A DNA stretch of 64,000 nt from Octopus sinensis (lineage: Eukaryota): positions 31,384,464 to 31,448,463 of the forward strand of contig NC_043011.1 in assembly GCF_006345805.1 (NCBI RefSeq), written 5' to 3'. Positions 38,740-51,787 of the stretch are shown one piece after another. The position numbers were made by a program, and so were the translations under genes. The first letter of the stretch is position 1. Each line of letters begins with the position of its first letter. Under the pieces are notes generated by a model that worked only from the letters and a program-made list of their open reading frames with translations, did no database searches and was not told where the DNA came from.

Positions 38740-39312
38740 ATGTATGTATGTATGTATGTATCTGTCTGTCAGTCTGTCTGTCTGTATGTATGTATGCATG
38801 TATGTATGCATGTATGGATGTATGTATGTATGTATATATGTATGCATGTATGTATGTATGTATGTATCTGTCTGTCTGTATGTATGCATGTATGTATGCA
38901 TGTATGGATGTATGTATGCATGTATGTATGTGTCTGTCTGTTTGTATGTATGTATGTATATATGTACGTATGTATGTATCTGTCTGTCTGTCTGTCTGTA
39001 TCTATGTATGCATGCATGTATGTGCGTGTGCATGTATTTATGTATATATTTTTGTATGTATATATCTCACTCTTTATGTGTGACTATGTATGTATGTATG
39101 CATGCATGCATGTATGCATGTATGTAAGTATGCATGCATGCATGAATGTATGCATGTATGTGTGCATGTATTTTTGTATGTATATATCTCACTCTCTATG
39201 TGTGTGTGTATGTATGTATGTATGCATGCATGCATGCATGCATGTATGTATGTATGTATGTATGTATGTATGTATGTATGTATGAATGTAAGTATGCATG
39301 CATGTATGTATG

Positions 39313-39343
<31 letters not shown>

Positions 39344-40679
39344 GTATGCATGCATGCATGTATGTATGTATGTATGTATGTATGTATGTATGTATGTATG
39401 TATGAATGTAAGTATGTATGTATGTATGTATGTATGTATGTATGTATGTATGTATGTATGCATGCATGCATGTATGCATGTACGTATGTAAGTATGCATG
39501 CATGCATGTATGTATGTAGGTATGTATGTATGTGTGCATGTATTTATGTATGTCTCTCTCTCTCTCCTCTCTCTCTCTCTCTTTCTATGAGTGTGTGTGT
39601 GTGTAAGAGTATGTATGCATGTATCATCATCAGTATTGTTTTAATGCCCAAATATCCATGCTTGCATGAGGCTCATTTTCTACAACCGGATTGTCCCTTC
39701 TGTTGCCAACTCTCATTCGTTTCCAAGCATGGTAATATTTCCCCATTGCTGGACATGGAAGCCTCGAAATGAATAACACTGTTTGTATGATGGACAAGTT
39801 GTGTAGGACAAGTTGTGTAGAAGTAATACTGATGGAAAATAATGTCCCATAAGGACTAGAAAAGGAGGGTGGAAAGATGGAAAGAAAGAAGATGGGAAAA
39901 AAGATGAATTTAGTGATGAAGGTAAAGGCAAAAGTGAAAGCCTAGGAGAAGCTTGTGGTGCCATCATTGTAAATTCTAGGAAGCTTTTTAAATGCAAGTT
40001 TGATGCAATAATTATCATCATCATCATCATCATCGTCATCATCATCGTCGTCGTCGTCATTTACAACTATCTCACATTAAAAAAAAGAACACACACACAC
40101 ACACACACACAAACGCGTGCACACACACACATGCGCATGCATACATACATACACATATACATATACAACGAGCTTCTTTCAATTTCTGTCTACCAAATTT
40201 ACTCTCAAGGTTTTACCTCATTGACCCAGGGCTACAGAAATAGACAACCATTAAGGGAAGGGGCTTCAATGAGCATCATCAACATCATCGTCATCATCAT
40301 CGTCGTCGTCGTCATCATCATCGTCATCATCATCGTCGTCGTCGTCATCATCATCGTCGTCGTCATCATCATCATAATCATCATCGTCATCATCATCATC
40401 ATCATCATCGTCATCGTCATCATTGTCATCACTTTACAATAGATTTTCAACACTGGTATGAGTTGAATGGTCATCACAGTACAAGTTAGTTCTTGTTTGT
40501 GTTATTGCTTTCTTAGGATACGATGCTTCCTTCATCCAATTTCTACTGGCATGGTTTCTATGGTTGGAGGCCCTTCATAATGCCAACTATTTTACAGAGT
40601 ACAATAGCACCAGCACTAGAGAGGTTTCCATCTCCTTGACAGGACTAGAATATAGATAGACAGACAGACAGATAGATAA

Positions 40680-40753
<74 letters not shown>

Positions 40754-42733
40754 TGAGAGAGAGGGTGGGAGAGAGAGGGAGGGAGAGAGAGAGAGACATA
40801 CATACAGACAGGGTGCATTTGTGGCACCAGCACCAGAGAAGTTGTCATGTCTCTGTAAAGACAAGACTAAGAGTCCTTTCAACCATATGTCTGTTTGTTC
40901 ATCCATCATTTCACAGAATGCACTTTATTGTGATATCAATACTTTCAGGGTTGTCTTGATCCAGGATCCTCACTGCTCTATGTTATATCTAATTTGTTCA
41001 GGGTATCTTGGCCTTTAGCGGGTAGAAGAGATGGCAATTTCAGAGAATGGATTCAAGTGAGAATGAGAAGAGGGCATTACTGATATAAAATGCTCCAGCT
41101 TCATGGCATTGATTTAGAAAGACCTTTGACCCTGTTCCACTTGTAAATCTTTCTTCATTGATTTTCATCCTGTCAGAGATTCAGGTTGGACAAAGTTGGG
41201 TAGCTTCTGTGAAGTGCTCAATTTAAGGTTCTTTCGGAGCATACATTAATATGATAGCCTGCTGCAGTGGTCTATACATGAAGGTCTCAGTCTAGTAAAA
41301 AGTTGACTGTATCATCACAGCCACGTCATGTGAGGTGCTGGTCCAGCCAAGCAGGTGCCTGCAGCAAGAAACTACAATGGTTGCTGAATGCATTTCTTTG
41401 GCCTGATGTCTAGCTGTGACCTGCTATCAAGACTTTGGTTGTGTGTTAGCTCTCAGATGACTACTGTTGTCTACTCTCCTCATGGTGAGGAATACAGACG
41501 ATTGAATCCAGTTCCTAAACCACTCCTGGTTTCACCATTTGTTTACAGCATGCACTTACACTTTCATGGTTAGTGTGAAACAAAGCTCTTGACTTGAGCT
41601 TTGTTGCCCTGAGCTGGATAAAGTTGTTCCATGAGCGACCTGTCGACAAGATCAAGCAAGGATTCTGCTGAGCATATTGGGTCACCATTCATGAGAGAAT
41701 ATAACCATCTGGTCATTTGACATTTGGAAAACTAATGGTACCCCAAAGAGAAACAAAATTTAAAAATTAGTAAATTAATCCAGTCTGGTTAATACTTCTA
41801 CCTCTCCTCAAATGTGACATCATGTTCTGACGTATCTGGTAGGGGATATGTTACACATACACATACATATGTTGTACATATACATATGTTGTGCATATAA
41901 CTATGTTGACTTGCTTTCTGTATGCTGTTAGTATTCCACATAACAGTTTGAAGTGGGATAGTACAGCTAACAGTGAGGTAATGCTCTTGAAAGCAAATGG
42001 TGAATCCACTTTCGTTTCTTTTCTTCCTGTCAAAGAATATAGGGCAACATACTTTTGCATGTGCAATTTTGCATCTGATATATTTTCTTATCAGATGCAT
42101 GTCAGTTAGTGTTCTGCACACAGCTTGGCTTCATGTTGTAAGATTTCTCAAGTAGATAGTGTTTTGCTACTGTAAGTTGTAAAAATCTTCTGATTGTTTT
42201 CTTTACTCCACTGCAATTTTCAAAAGTAGCATCGACATGAGGTTTTCCATTAGTCAGTGATGTTCATGCTGGTTTTTAAAATTTTTATCGTTGTTGGCAT
42301 TCTTTTGTCTCAGGAGACAATGGAGTTGCGCATAAACTAATCCAGTCTGGTTTTTACATTTCATGTCCTCTCCAGTTTTGTGCAGGCCTGGGCTATATGT
42401 AAGAAAATCCTGGGTAGCCCAATTGTCAGGATTCCTCTCTCGACCTTGCTGACGTAGTCCAAAGGAGTACAGAGCATTATGTTTGGCACCACTCTGGATT
42501 TCTTTGAAGGTTGTCTCCTTTCCGTAACCCTGGATAGGGGCCAATACTGGGTACTATCAGCCGGAGCCAGCTGAGCCCAGGACTCATGTCAGGCAGAGTC
42601 GTCACTCCCTGAAGTAGTGAAGAAAATCGCTACCCACTACCTAATCATGCTGGTATATTCACATTTATAAGATACATTAGTTCTCCAACACTAAAATTGT
42701 TTATCTAGAAGTGGCAACATAGCAAAATATTTA

Positions 42734-42950
42734 CAAGGGGGTACTGAAAAGCTCTTGTCTTTAAGGGTATTGCAAAAGGTCTGATTGGAGGCCTAACATC
42801 CTGAATTCTTTTACAGGGCTTAGAAAAACTGTAGGGCAGCTGCAATAAGTGTGTGAACCTGAGAAGAGAATATATCTAATAAAATCATAATTAACTGATT
42901 CTCCGGTATTTTCGTTTACTCAAAGCCAGGAACTTTTCAGCAACCCCTCG
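42734..42950. mobile_element. Mariner MITE (217 bp)
   Basis: TIRs caagggggtactgaaaag / cttttcagcaacccctcg with TA TSDs. Confidence 0.75.
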
Positions 42951-43129
42951 TAATATCTGTTATAAATAAGTTTAGCCTGAACTTAGCTACAATTTGCTGA
43001 CAATTTTCCACAAAAACATATCAAAAAAAGGTTCATATAGACGAATACATTAAAAAAAGGAGTTGTTTTGCTTTGATATTTGATATGGATATTGTTTGGT
43101 ATCTCAGATGCACATCTCTGCAATCATGT

Positions 43130-43500
43130 TCAATTCACTGAAGAGCTTTATGGATATACTTTCTTCTGGAATGAAAATTAAACTGGAAAGCAAAGAAATT
43201 ATGGTGCAGGTCTTGTAATCAAAACATCAAATGTCAAATATTTACACAAGCTTCATTTTGGCAAATCAGAACACTTAGTTTCCTTGCATCTCCTACAAGA
43301 AAGCAATCATTTCGTGTCTATAAATGTGCATTTATGTGCGTCTATGAGTCATTCTGAGACAGAAATACTGTCTCTTCCTTTTTATTTTAAACAACCTATA
43401 AGCAACATGTCAAAGGATGTTAAGATTATTCTTCTGAGTTATTTCAATGCTAGAAGTGGGTGTGACTGTAATACTTAGAACAACACAGGATTGGAAAACT
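43130..43500 (+). pseudogene. Decayed APE endonuclease of an RTE-like LINE
   Basis: GYTFFWN..YGAGLVIK..KIILLSYFNARSG (GDFNARVG-like). Confidence 0.6.
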
Positions 43501-43856
43501 AAATGGCAATGGCCTTTAGCTTATACTACTTTTGAAATGAGTTAAACCTCATCAGAAATACAATATCATTAAAAAATAAGTGTAAAGGAAATTTGATCAT
43601 TCTAGCTACTGGTATACTCTAGTGTGTGTGTGTGTGTGTGTGGTCTGTGTGTGTGTGTGTGTGTATGCATGTATGTCTGTGTGTGTGTGTGCATGCATGT
43701 GTGTGTGTGTGTGCATGCATGTGTGTGTGTGAAACAGTTATTAAAATGATTCAAGCAAATGTTTAGTAAGTGTTCAATGAGTTAAAAAGTTCTTGTTTGT
43801 TAAAATAACAGTCAAAATATTGTTCAAATGATATTTTATAAACTCATTGACTCAAA

Positions 43857-44247
43857 TCTCTATCTGTATAAAGCTGAAGTTGTCTGTGTATCGCAGGTTT
43901 GGTAGCCTTCAACTAACACTATTTCCTCCGAGACCCTGTGGCGCAAGTTGACCAAAATTAAGAGTATGATAGAAGAAGGCTTGCTCTTCCTTCTGTAGAA
44001 GAAAAAATTCAAATCAGACCTTGTTAACACCAAAAATTATTTACATCAAAAAGGTGCTTTTTTTTATGAAAATCCCTATTTTTTACGATTTTTTGACTGC
44101 TGTATCGCCATTTTTCGGTGTATTTTAACCAGAAAAATGTTCACTTAAAGAGAATAACAAGCTACATATTGCAAAATTTTTACTTTTCAAAAATTCCAAT
44201 TCTAAAGGGTCGAAACAAACCCGAGCAACGCCAGGCGATACTGCTAG
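43857..44247 (+). mobile_element. Non-autonomous Helitron
   Basis: A|TC 5' end; subterminal cccgagcaacgccagg hairpin; CTAG|T 3' end. Confidence 0.75.
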
Positions 44248-44647
44248 TTAATAATAAATGTTAAAATCATTCAGGAAGTAAAAGGTAAGCCAATGAAAAG
44301 GTGGGAAAATGCAATGGCATTTGTCAAGTATTATTGCTGATAATTGGCAAAAATTTAAAAATCACTTTGGGTTTGCCAAGATTTTATTGTTTCATTTCTT
44401 CCCTAACTGTTGTTGAATGAAGAATTCCATTTTGCAAAAAATTTTGACAATGTGTGTGGCTTTGCTTGAATTCTGGGGTTTTCTACATGTGAGGCCAAAA
44501 TTCTAAGAAATAAGTGACAAATTCAGTTATTAATTTTGTATGTGATTGTCAAAATGGCTGCCAAGCACCACAGGATGGAATTGATTGATCTATCTAGGCC
44601 TGAATGTTTCATATGTATGCGTTTATGAACAACAATTATGCAATTAT

Positions 44648-44826
44648 GGACGTAGGAGCGGCTGTGTGGTAAGTAGCTTGCTTACCAACCACATGGTTCC
44701 GAGTCCAGTCCTACTGCGTGGTACCTTGGGCAAGTGTCTTCTACTATAGCCTTGGGGTGACCAAAGCCTTGTGAGTGGATTTGGTAGACGGAAACTGAAA
44801 GAAGCATGTTGTATATGTGTGTGTAT

Positions 44827-44876
<50 letters not shown>

Positions 44877-45083
44877 ATGTTTGTGCATCTGTGTTTGTCC
44901 CCCAACATTGCATGATAACCGATGCTGGTGTGTTTACGTCCCCGTAACCTAGTAGTTCAGCAAAAGAGACTGATAGAATAAGTACTAGGCTTGCAAAGAA
45001 TAAGTCCTGGGGTCGATTTGGTTGACTAAAGGTGGTGCTCCAGCATGGCCACAGTCACATGACTGAAACAAGTAAAAGAGTAA
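44648..45083 (+). mobile_element. SINE family A, full composite
   Basis: close match to 158-573 and 5630-6033. Confidence 0.85.
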
Positions 45084-45139
45084 ATTTTGCTCATGTTATT
45101 TATATTGAGATGTTTTTGTAGATAATTTGTATCCTTGTG

Positions 45140-45655
45140 GTACCAGTGCCGGTGGCACATAAGAAAACCATCCGAACGGGACCGTAGCCAGTACCGCATC
45201 GACTGGCCTCCGTGCTGTGGGCACGTAACAAACACCATCCGATCGTAGCCGTTCGCCAGCCTCGTCTGGCACCTGTGTCGGTGGCACATAGGAAAAACAC
45301 CGAAAACACCATATCCGAGCGTGGCCGTCTGCCAGCCTCGTCTGGCACCTGTGTCAGTGGCACATAAAAAACACCATCCGAGCGTGGCCGTCTGCCAGCC
45401 TCGTCTGGCACCTGTGTCGGTGGCACATAAAAAACACCATCTGAGCATGGCCGTCTGCCAGCCTCGTCTGGCACCTGTGTTGGTGGCACATAAAATCACC
45501 CACTACACTCTCGGAGTGGTTGGCGTTAGGAAGGGCATCCAGCTGTAGAAACACTGCCAGATCTGACTGGCCTGGTGTAGCCTTCGGGCTTGCCAGACCC
45601 CAGTTGAACCGTCCAACCCATGCTAGCATGGAAAGCGGACGTTAAACAATGATGA
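45140..45655 (+). mobile_element. RTE 3'UTR copy with expanded 63-bp tandem array
   Basis: gtggcacata recurs at 45357, 45420 and 45483; ends in the family tail. Confidence 0.8.
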
Positions 45656-45719
45656 TGTGTGTGTCTATGTGTTTGCTGGCGTCTGTATATGTTATACATT
45701 AGACAAGGTACATTTAAAC

Positions 45720-46006
45720 CAGTAATTCCCAAAGTGTGTGGTACTTTCCCCTTGGAGGTGGTTGAAAGATCCAGGTGGGCATTGAAAGAAAAGAGGGGAA
45801 AAGTGGCAAAAAAAGAACTCCCAAAATAATGGGCTAAGTTTTATTTGTGAAATACTGTTATTTTGAATTTGCCGCAGAAAGTGGTCTATGTTTGTGGTGG
45901 TGGTGGAGGTGGTGATGAAGAGTGATGGTGTGTGTGTGGGGTGGGGGGCTAGGAATGGGGCCTGGGTGCCAAGTGGTGGCAGCCTGAAAAAGTTTAGGAA
46001 CCACTG
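45720..46006. mobile_element. hAT-type MITE
   Basis: TIRs cagtaattcccaaa / tttaggaaccactg; perfect 8-bp TSD ATTTAAAC (45712-45719, 46007-46014). Confidence 0.8.
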
Positions 46007-46019
46007 ATTTAAACAAAGT

Positions 46020-46260
46020 TACATCAGTCATACATATTTTTTCGGCATATGGAAAAGAGAAATAGTTACCCAATTACATCTGGCACTTGACAGAACATGT
46101 TACTGATTTCAACATGAAGTGAAAGATCCTTCAGAAATGCGAGCCGTATAAGGACGGAAATAAAAGAAGCACTTTATGTACAGCAGAGATGTGATATTAA
46201 AAAACAACAGCAACAACAGAAAAACAAACAAATAAAATTAAAAAAAACTCTGCAAACTAA
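46020..46260 (+). pseudogene. Decayed Penelope GIY-YIG C-terminal fragment
   Basis: LPNYIWHL..FNMK*KILQKCEPYKDGNKRSTLCTAE. Confidence 0.65.
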
Positions 46261-46459
46261 ATGCAAGTCTGAAGTGCTTACAAGAACATTGTTATTTTGA
46301 TAAGATTTTACTGCAAAACTTGATACCACCTCTAAACTAAGCAGTGTTACACTTAATATTCATCTACTCTTTACAACATGCACGTTACCTTTCTACATAA
46401 TCGAACACATATTTCCTTCTATTTTGATATCCCAGCATTTTCTGTACACAGTGAATTAA

Positions 46460-47117
46460 CCCTTTCATTACCAACCCGGCTGAAACCGGCTCTGGCTCTG
46501 AGTACAAATGTTTTATTTTCATAAGTTTTGAATTAAAATCTTCCACCAAACATTAGTCATAATTTTTGTTCCTAACACTAGCTGAATCATAACTAAGTAA
46601 TTTTACTAAATTGCTGTGTTTACCTTGGATCATAGGGTGACCTGCTGTGCTTGAGGAGACCTATTGAGTCAAGTACATCGACATCAAAATAAATATCAAA
46701 TGGAAATTGTAGTTGTGATACCTGTGCTGGTGACACGTAAAAAGCACCATCCGAGCATGGCCGATGCCAGTGCCACTTTGACTGGCTTCCGTGCCGGTGG
46801 CACGTAAAAATCACCAACCGATCGTGGCCACTGCCAGCCTTCCCTGGCACCTGTGCCGGTGGCACATAAAAAGCAGCCACTACACTCACGGAGTGGTTGG
46901 CGTTAGGAAGTGCATCCAGCTGTAGAAACACTGCCAGATCAGACTGGAGCCTGGTGCAGCCTCCTGGCTTCCCAGATCCTGGTCGAACCGTCCAACATGT
47001 GCTAGCATGGAAAACGGACGTTAAATGATGATGATGATGATGATGATGATATTTATTATATTTAAAGTAATTGAAAGAAACACAGAGCATCTCAACAGAA
47101 ATAAAGTAACAAAAGGG
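46460..47117. mobile_element. piggyBac-type MITE containing an RTE 3' insertion
   Basis: TTAA-CCCTTT ... AAAGGG-TTAA. Confidence 0.75.
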
Positions 47118-47304
47118 TTAATCTTAACCTATCATGGTGTCTATCACTACCATTTAACACCTGGATGCATTTAGTGGGGCTCATTTTGATGCAAGCCTTC
47201 AGTTAGGTTTCCGGCATGAACAAAATGTCCTCCAACTAGTCACGGAGGCCCTGAAAGAGTTTATGGATTTTGCTCTTTCATACTCTGGCTAAGCGGTTAA
47301 GATC

Positions 47305-47384
<80 letters not shown>

Positions 47385-47609
47385 GTATGTGTGTGTGTAC
47401 TTGGGCAATTTTGCATATATGTATGTTATTAATTGATGTTTCTGAAGTCATTCCTTCTTAACTAAATCCCAACTGGTGACCTTAGTGTATCATGCGGTTC
47501 AGAAATATAGAAAAACCACACACTAAACAGAAACAGTTGAAAGAACAACAAACAAGCTCTATTAGTTTGATGGTTAGGAAAAAATGCAGGAAGTATTTGA
47601 TGTTTCATG

Positions 47610-48100
47610 CCTATGCTCTTCTAGAGAAAGGAATGAGGAGCTAAAACAGATGGAGAGAGAGAGAGGGGGTACAGAGATGGAGAGGGAGAGAAGGAGAGAG
47701 AGAGAAAGAAAGAGAGAGAAAGAAAGAGAGAGAAGGGGAGAAAGAAGGGAGAGGGGAGAGAGAGAGAACAGAGAGTGAAAAGAGAGAAGGGAGGGGTGAG
47801 GGAGAAGGGGGAGGGGAGAGAGAGATTGGAGGGGGAAGAGAGAGTATGGTGAGGGGAGAGAGAGAAGGGAGAGAGGAGAGAGAGAAGGGACAGGGGAGAG
47901 AGAGATTGGAGAGGGGAGAGAGATAATGGTGAGGGGAGAGAGAGAATGGTGAGGGGAGAGAAAGAAGGGAAACAGAGAGAAGGGAGAGAGAGAGAAGGAG
48001 AGAAAGAAGGGAGAGGGGAGAGAGGGAAGGGAGAGAGTGGGAGAGTGGGAAGAGAGACAGAGAGAGAAAGAAAGAAAGAAAGAGAGAGAGAAAGATAAAA
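47610..48100. repeat. Polypurine GA-rich tract
   Basis: about 490 nt almost purely G/A on the plus strand. Confidence 0.9.
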
Positions 48101-48375
48101 AAGTGTCTGAATTAATGGTTACACATGTTGGATTGACTGAAGGAAGGAGGTGGCTGAAGGCATGAGTGGCAAGGGAGACAATAGTGTCCTTGCAAAAGTG
48201 TGTGTGTGTGCTCAAGAATGTGTGCGAGTATGAAGATTATGTGAGCGTGTGTATGTGTAAGTGTAAGAGCGCGTGTGTGTCTGTTCGAGCAAATACGCTC
48301 GCGTGCGCGCGTGTGTGTACTTCGTACATTTATGTGTGTGTGTGCATGTGTTGTCTAACATGTTATCTAATGTGC

Positions 48376-48411
<36 letters not shown>

Positions 48412-48749
48412 GGGCTCTTTTGAGGCTATTGGGTGTGTGTGCATGTGTATGGAAGCGCATGTGTACAGCTAATGGGTGCATGTATACTGTGAGCGAGTAG
48501 TGTGTGTGTGTGAGTGTTGTGTGTGTGTTTGGAAGAGGCAGTCGGACATATGAGTGTATGTGTATTATGCGTGTGTTTGTTTGTGTGCATGTGTGTATGG
48601 AAGAGGCAGTCGGATGTGTGTGTGTGTGTGTGCATAACGTTTATCTTATTTTACCCGTATCTTTATTATATTCTCTCTGATTATCTTATTTCCTTCTCTT
48701 TTACATTTCCCTCCCTATTTTCTTTTCCATTCTTTTTTTCTAGTCTTAT

Positions 48750-49450
48750 TTTAACCCTTTACCGGCATTCTTTCGATATAACTCGACAAAAGCAAGTCAT
48801 TTCACTTCGGGTATTTCCGTGGGTTGTAGAGTATAGATATAACAAATTTATGCTAGCAATATCTCGTTTTAAACTTGAAGAAAAAAAACGGCGATCTTTC
48901 GTCTCTAGTAGACCTTTCCGTCGATTTCCGTAAAAAATTTTTTTTTTTTACATATGGGCTTGCGGGAACTTTTGAAGTAATATACATACATATACACATA
49001 CAGCGAGTAAAAAATTTCAGTTATCTCTTTCTTTCACACATTACTCTGTCTCTTCACACACACTAACAGAAGCACTTCACTTACACAACATACTCCCACA
49101 CCCCATCAAACACACACACACATGTACATCAATGCTTGTCATGCACGGTAACTTCAAAAGAACTTCCCTCGTCATAAAATGGCTTTCTCTTAGTCTCTTT
49201 CGCTCTCATTACTTCAAAAGTTCCCGCAAGCCCATATGTAAAAAAAAAAAAAAAATTTACGGAAATCGACGGAAAGGTCTACTAGAGACGAAAGATTGCC
49301 AAACCTTGCATATTTGTTCTTACCTGTTTCATATGTGTATGTAAAATCCGCAAATTTCCAAGCAGAAAACAGAATCGAACTGTCATTTGCTTCCACGGAA
49401 ATACCCAAAGGGAAATGTTTTGATTTTGTCGAGTTATATCGAAAGAATGC
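48750..49450. mobile_element. Foldback DNA element with long inverted arms
   Basis: 48893-48981 is inverted at 49208-49297 and 48772-48822 at 49393-49443; TTAA-CCCTT at the left end only. Confidence 0.6.
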
Positions 49451-49840
49451 TCTTTTCACCATTCTCTTTATGGACAAACTTTTTAGATTTTTTCTAGATT
49501 ACAACCAATAAAATTATATAACTCATATTTGTATTGTACGAGTTATGCTCCTTATAACGTTTTTCATCGTGGTATACTCCACCAAAAGTTTCGTTTAATA
49601 CGAATGTTCCGAGTATATTGCCTGATTATTGTCAATTCAATTAATTCATTGAGCAATTAATTAATTAACTATGCTTGAAACATTGTAACTATGAATTACA
49701 AGCTATTTTTCATATAAGACTCCAACAAATTGTGTGAATAATCCTTTTATATATTATGCACATACGCACTAACATACAAACATGCGCGCACACACACAGT
49801 ATAATACATACATACATACATATATATGTATGTAATTGTG

Positions 49841-49871
<31 letters not shown>

Positions 49872-49965
49872 ATGTGTGTGTATTTATATATATATTGTTT
49901 GTAGAAATGCATAAATCCGGCGAAGCACACTTTAGGATGTAGAGTAGTTAATATTATAGTGTGGT

Positions 49966-50124
49966 AGGCTGGTTTTAGGGGTTATCCTCGGTTTCTTGCT
50001 CATAAGGGGTTCAGCCTTATTTTGAAGAGGTCTCAGGCCAGCAGGGTTTTTGGATCTGAAGATACGCCGTAAGGCTAAAACCCCTTATGAGTGACAAACC
50101 CAGGGTAGCCCCATAAACCGGCCT
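49966..50124. mobile_element. Foldback MITE (ggctggttttagggg..ccccataaaccggcc)
   Basis: about 55-bp imperfect inverted arms. Confidence 0.7.
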
Positions 50125-50176
50125 GCGGTATGTATGTATGTATGTATGTATGTATGTATGTATGTATGTATGTATG

Positions 50177-50225
<49 letters not shown>

Positions 50226-50227
<2 letters not shown>

Positions 50228-51142
50228 CATTGCAGGTAGAACTGTACTGTCGAAGAGGTTGGTGCGGGTGGTCCTGTCCAACCTTCCCTTGAGCACATCC
50301 CTTATGCCATTAAACGCCTTCCATCCGGCCCTTACTCTCCGTGAGATCTCCTGTTCGATATTTCGGCACATATTCACTTCCTGTCCCAGGTAGACATATT
50401 CCTTTACCTCCTCTATTTCGTCCCTGCCGATCACCATTCGACCTGTTGGTACGTTGTCTGACCGCATGAACTTCGTTTTCATGCGGTTCATCTTAAAATC
50501 TACTGCAGAACTTTTGATGTCGAGCTCCGTCAGCATGGTCTGAAGCTGATCCGTCGTCTCAGCGATGATTACGATGTCGTCAGCGAAACGGAGGTGGGTG
50601 AGGAGCTTGCCATTTATGTTGACACCGTCTTGCCAGTCGATGTCTCTGATGATCTGCTCGAGACAGTTTTGGGGAGATCGTATCTCCTTGCTTCACTCCC
50701 TTCTCGACCGGCACTCATACGGGTAATGAAACATGGGCTACAACAAAGAGAGAAGAGCAGAGATTGGTAGAGGCTCAAACAGCCATGGAGAGGTCAATGC
50801 TTGGTATCTCGTTGAGAGAGCACATCAGTAGCGAGATCATCAGAAAGAAGTCCGGCGTGATGGATGTCATCGCAGAGTATACACGCAGCAAGTTTAGATG
50901 GGCTGGACACATCGCCCGGCTCACCGATTATCGGTGGACCCACGCAGTTGTTGAGTGGTACCCGCGCGAGCAGAAACGACCACCCGGAAGGCATCCACGA
51001 CGGTGGAGTTACGATTTCAAGAAGACGATTGGGATCACGTGGATGAGAAAGGCGCGATCCAGAGAGGAGTGGACAGCGTGCTGTGACCAGCGGTGTCAAA
51101 TGGACGCCCGACGGACTGGTCGGTCAAGGTGATCAAGGTGAT
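50226..51142. mobile_element. RTE-clade LINE with inverted 5' segment (50226-50708 minus; 50716-51142 plus)
   Basis: GVKQGDTISP, LRFADD, YVYLGQ and VLPAMLY on minus; YGNETW, KFRWAGH and RPPGRHPRRW on plus; (TCAAGGTGA)2 tail; flanked by (TA)n. Confidence 0.85.
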
Positions 51143-51372
51143 ATATATATATATATTGCAAATATGAAAATGGAAGAGAACAATAGGTGGTTCATCAACT
51201 TTTGGACATAAAATTGGTAACTTATTTATTTATCAAACTGATAATTATAATAGCATACATACATATAGCATATTATTCTTTGCATATAAGATATAAGATA
51301 TAAAATATAATAATATATAAGAATACGAGTAATTATTATAAAAAACATGAATATAAATTGGTAATATATATA

Positions 51373-51426
<54 letters not shown>

Positions 51427-51442
51427 ATATTATATATATATA

Positions 51443-51652
51443 TATCAATTCCTAGTGAAGGCCAGTTTATAGGGTTTCCCTGGGATTCTTGCCATAAAGG
51501 GTACCTTTAAGACGTGTCCTCAGACCCTAAGACCAATTTTAAAGAGGCCATAGGCCAACAGGTCTTAGGGCCTGTAGACGCGCCATAGAGGTACCCTTTA
51601 TGGCGAGAAACCCAGGATAACCCTATAGACCGGCCTTCACCAGTAATTAATA
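51443..51652. mobile_element. Foldback MITE related to 49966-50124
   Basis: near-continuous inverted arms of about 90 bp. Confidence 0.75.
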
Positions 51653-51721
51653 TAGATTGCCTCTACTTCTTAGAGTAGTGCTTTTTGTCCGGATTTTTTT
51701 ATGTTCTTCTAAAAAAACTAT

Positions 51722-51787
<66 letters not shown>

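Noticed and set aside
40860-42620. Coding-like decayed sequence, perhaps Gypsy gag on the minus strand; TAATCCAGTCTGGTT repeated near 41776 and 42338
   Set aside because: No diagnostic motif that I can support by eye.
47610-48100. H-DNA/G-quadruplex-prone purine tract as a functional element
   Set aside because: Such tracts are expected in this microsatellite-rich background; nothing indicates function.
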